From Phaeosaccion multiseriatum (Eukaryota > Protista > Ochrophyta, other classes), in the NCBI GenBank assembly GCA_965112735.1, contig OZ218960.1, forward strand, positions 2,542,001-2,606,000: a DNA stretch of 64,000 nt, written 5' to 3'. This document shows positions 62,022-64,000 of the stretch, piece by piece; the stretch's first letter is position 1; every line of letters starts with the position of its first letter. The position numbers were made by a program, and so were the translations under genes. Under the pieces are notes generated by a model, which worked only from the letters and a program-made list of their open reading frames with translations, did not search any database and was not told where the DNA came from.

Positions 62022-63197
62022 GGAGAGAGAGAGAGCGAGGGACAGATCTCCAGTGAATGAGTGCACAGGCTTACGTGGTGCCTCCCACAGCGCACGCATC
62101 CGCAGTACCCTGCAAATAGAGAGCCCAACAGACCCAACCCAACACACTTAGCCCCCCCCCCCACCCCATCCACCCCATCCGCCCCCTCCCCAACGAGTCG
62201 TTCTCCGAGGATGCGCTCTGCTACTCTTGGAGCTTGGCATGGTGTCACCCCACCCACCCACCCCTGCCCCCTCCACTCGCTCACTCCCCCACCCTCCACC
62301 TGCTGACCTGATCGCCATCCTTGCCGCCCTTGGCATCTGTGCTGGAGGAGGCGACCTTCTGTTCCTCCGAGGTCTTGACGGCAATCTTTTCCACCGCCCC
62401 TGCCCTCTTCTCATGGTAATCTCCAAAGCCGTCTAGCGTCTTCGTTAGGCCATCCGCCTGCCCGCAGAGACGAGGAAGACGACAGAAGAACAAACACACA
62501 AAGGCCATACGTTTGTGCGTTGTGTTACACCCACAGCTGGTCAAGAGTGGGGATTCAGTTCTGTGGACCTCCCCTCCCCTCTACTCTCCTCTACTCCGCA
62601 CCGCACACACCTGCTCCTTGAGTGCCTTGAGGGTGTCAAGCTGCACGCCGACTCCGAAGTTTCCCCCGTCCTCTATAGGTGGTACGAGCACTGTTTGTGG
62701 TGTGAGAGGGGGGACCGAGGGCGAGGCAGGCACGCACGCAGGCAGGCAGGCAGGCAGAGCGAAGCGGGTAGAGAATGCTTGGGTGAGTGACCTCCCTACC
62801 CTACCCTACCCTACTCAGGGCTGTCTTGGCCCTTCGACGGGTGACCACACTGGGATGGCCATGCACACAGGGCAGCCCCCCTCGCCTCTGCCCTCCCACA
62901 CAGTAAAACACTGGTTGTGTACTCACTCATGATCCACCCAATGAGCGCTTGTAGCTTGCTCACTCCGGCCAGTACGCAGCTCTGCACCTCCACCTTGAGC
63001 TCCTTGAGGTCGGCATTGGCAGCAGGGGGCGCCAGGGCCTGCAGGTATTGGTTCTCAAGCTCTCCGAGATGATAGGCCTCCTCTGCCGCGTGAAACTTGC
63101 CTCCCTTGAGCAAGTCGTTGATCTTGCCGATCAAGGGCACGATGGTCTTAGTCGCGTCCTCTCCCTCCGACACGGCGATTGCCTTAAGTTGGTCCAT
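61519..63197 (-). CDS. Proteasome activator PA28/REG (11S) subunit. Exons 63197-62927, 62690-62611, 62457-62308, 61752-61519
   Basis: Activation loop WIMMLVPPIEDGGNFGVGVQ and C-terminus DMIEKNMEKIRKPR...FMY, typical of the PSME family; phases consistent. Confidence 0.9.
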
Positions 63198-63467
63198 GAC
63201 TATGATGTTTGCTGTTTATGTGATCTTTATGTTCTCCGGAACACCATCAACGGACCATCGTCGCCATTTGATGAGACTGGATGCTGTGTTGGGGAAGCGG
63301 GATCGAAGCAGCCAGCCGCGGGACTATCTCTTGCTTCCTTTCCATCGCGCATGTTGCTTTCGCCAATGTGACCCGCCAACGACATAGCAATCATGCAGTA
63401 GTTCTCTGTACGCCGGTCTTGCCCAGAAGGAAGGCCACCGAACCACTGTGTAGGGGAGGAGGTGGAG

Positions 63468-63917
63468 ATGAAGAAGAGCCAGCGCTCCATCTTGCTTCCC
63501 CCATTCCGCTATGGCCAGGTGAGAGAGTGCGAGAGAAGGGTGTGGAATCGAGGCTGGGGCTTTTCGTGGAGCTAGGTGCCGTATCCACGAAGAGGACGCT
63601 TGCAGGCCACAGCCTCAGACTCAGTCTGCCCTTGCCAATCCCCCCGCCCCCCCCCCCATGTACTGCTCGCAACTGCTGCTGCTGCTGCTTGGCTGCTCCT
63701 GCTCGCCCAGATGGAGGAGGGCCTGTTCCGAGGGGCTCACCCCACGCTCAAGACCTTTCGCTTCCTGACGCGGCTCCAGCTGCGCACCATTATCAGCATC
63801 ACACCCGAGGCCCCCATCGCAGACCTCGAGGCCTTTTGCAAGGATGAGGGCATCCGGCTGGAGCACTTCCTCGCTCCTAGATACAAGGGCGAGGATATCA
63901 CCCTCACCCACGCGCAG
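63468..63917 (+). CDS. OCA6/Siw14-like atypical dual-specificity phosphatase, 5' exons 63468-63518 and 63711-63917; continues beyond the window
   Basis: LLPPFRYGQ|MEEGLFRGAHPTLKTFRFLTRLQLRTIISITPE matches the N-terminus of the Y_phosphatase2 family; probable GC donor at 63918; head-to-head with PA28 (270-bp gap). Confidence 0.82.
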
Positions 63918-64000
63918 GCAAGATAAAAAAGGATGCATGCTTTCTTATTTGGACGCAAGCCTTCGTCGAAACACCTTCCCTCTCTCTGTCTCGAAACAAA

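Overview
Eukaryotic nuclear DNA, most likely from an ochrophyte (photosynthetic stramenopile). It is GC-rich, has spliceosomal GT/GC-AG introns packed with microsatellites, and carries a nuclear C-terminal half of nad11 and a Sig/Ocm-type EGF protein. Most ORF-track entries are microsatellite or antisense artefacts, so genes were rebuilt by hand by chaining exons with consistent intron phase. From left to right: (1) the 3' part of an RCC1-repeat gene ending in a BC-box/Cul2-box-like motif; (2) a 12-exon glyco-enzyme gene with degenerate sulfotransferase-like and GT4-like regions and a clear GT10 alpha-1,3-fucosyltransferase C-terminus; (3) a 16-exon secreted Cys-rich repeat protein; (4) a tandem array of four intact 7TM-RGS genes and two pseudogene fragments, interrupted by a ~2.8 kb insertion containing a decayed Replitron-like HUH transposase, with a 94-bp MITE beside it; (5) a ~2,840-aa secreted protein combining mastigoneme (Sig/Ocm)-type EGF modules, 278 perfectly phased 7-residue beta repeats and an intact phage-tailspike-type Peptidase S74 self-cleaving chaperone, which is the standout candidate for an undescribed system; (6) nuclear nad11b/NDUFS1 C-half; (7) a PA28 proteasome activator; (8) the 5' end of an OCA6-like phosphatase. 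A 12-bp motif (GTTGGTGATACA) tied to CAG tracts recurs in coding DNA in both orientations. All family assignments come from motif recognition by eye; no searches were run.
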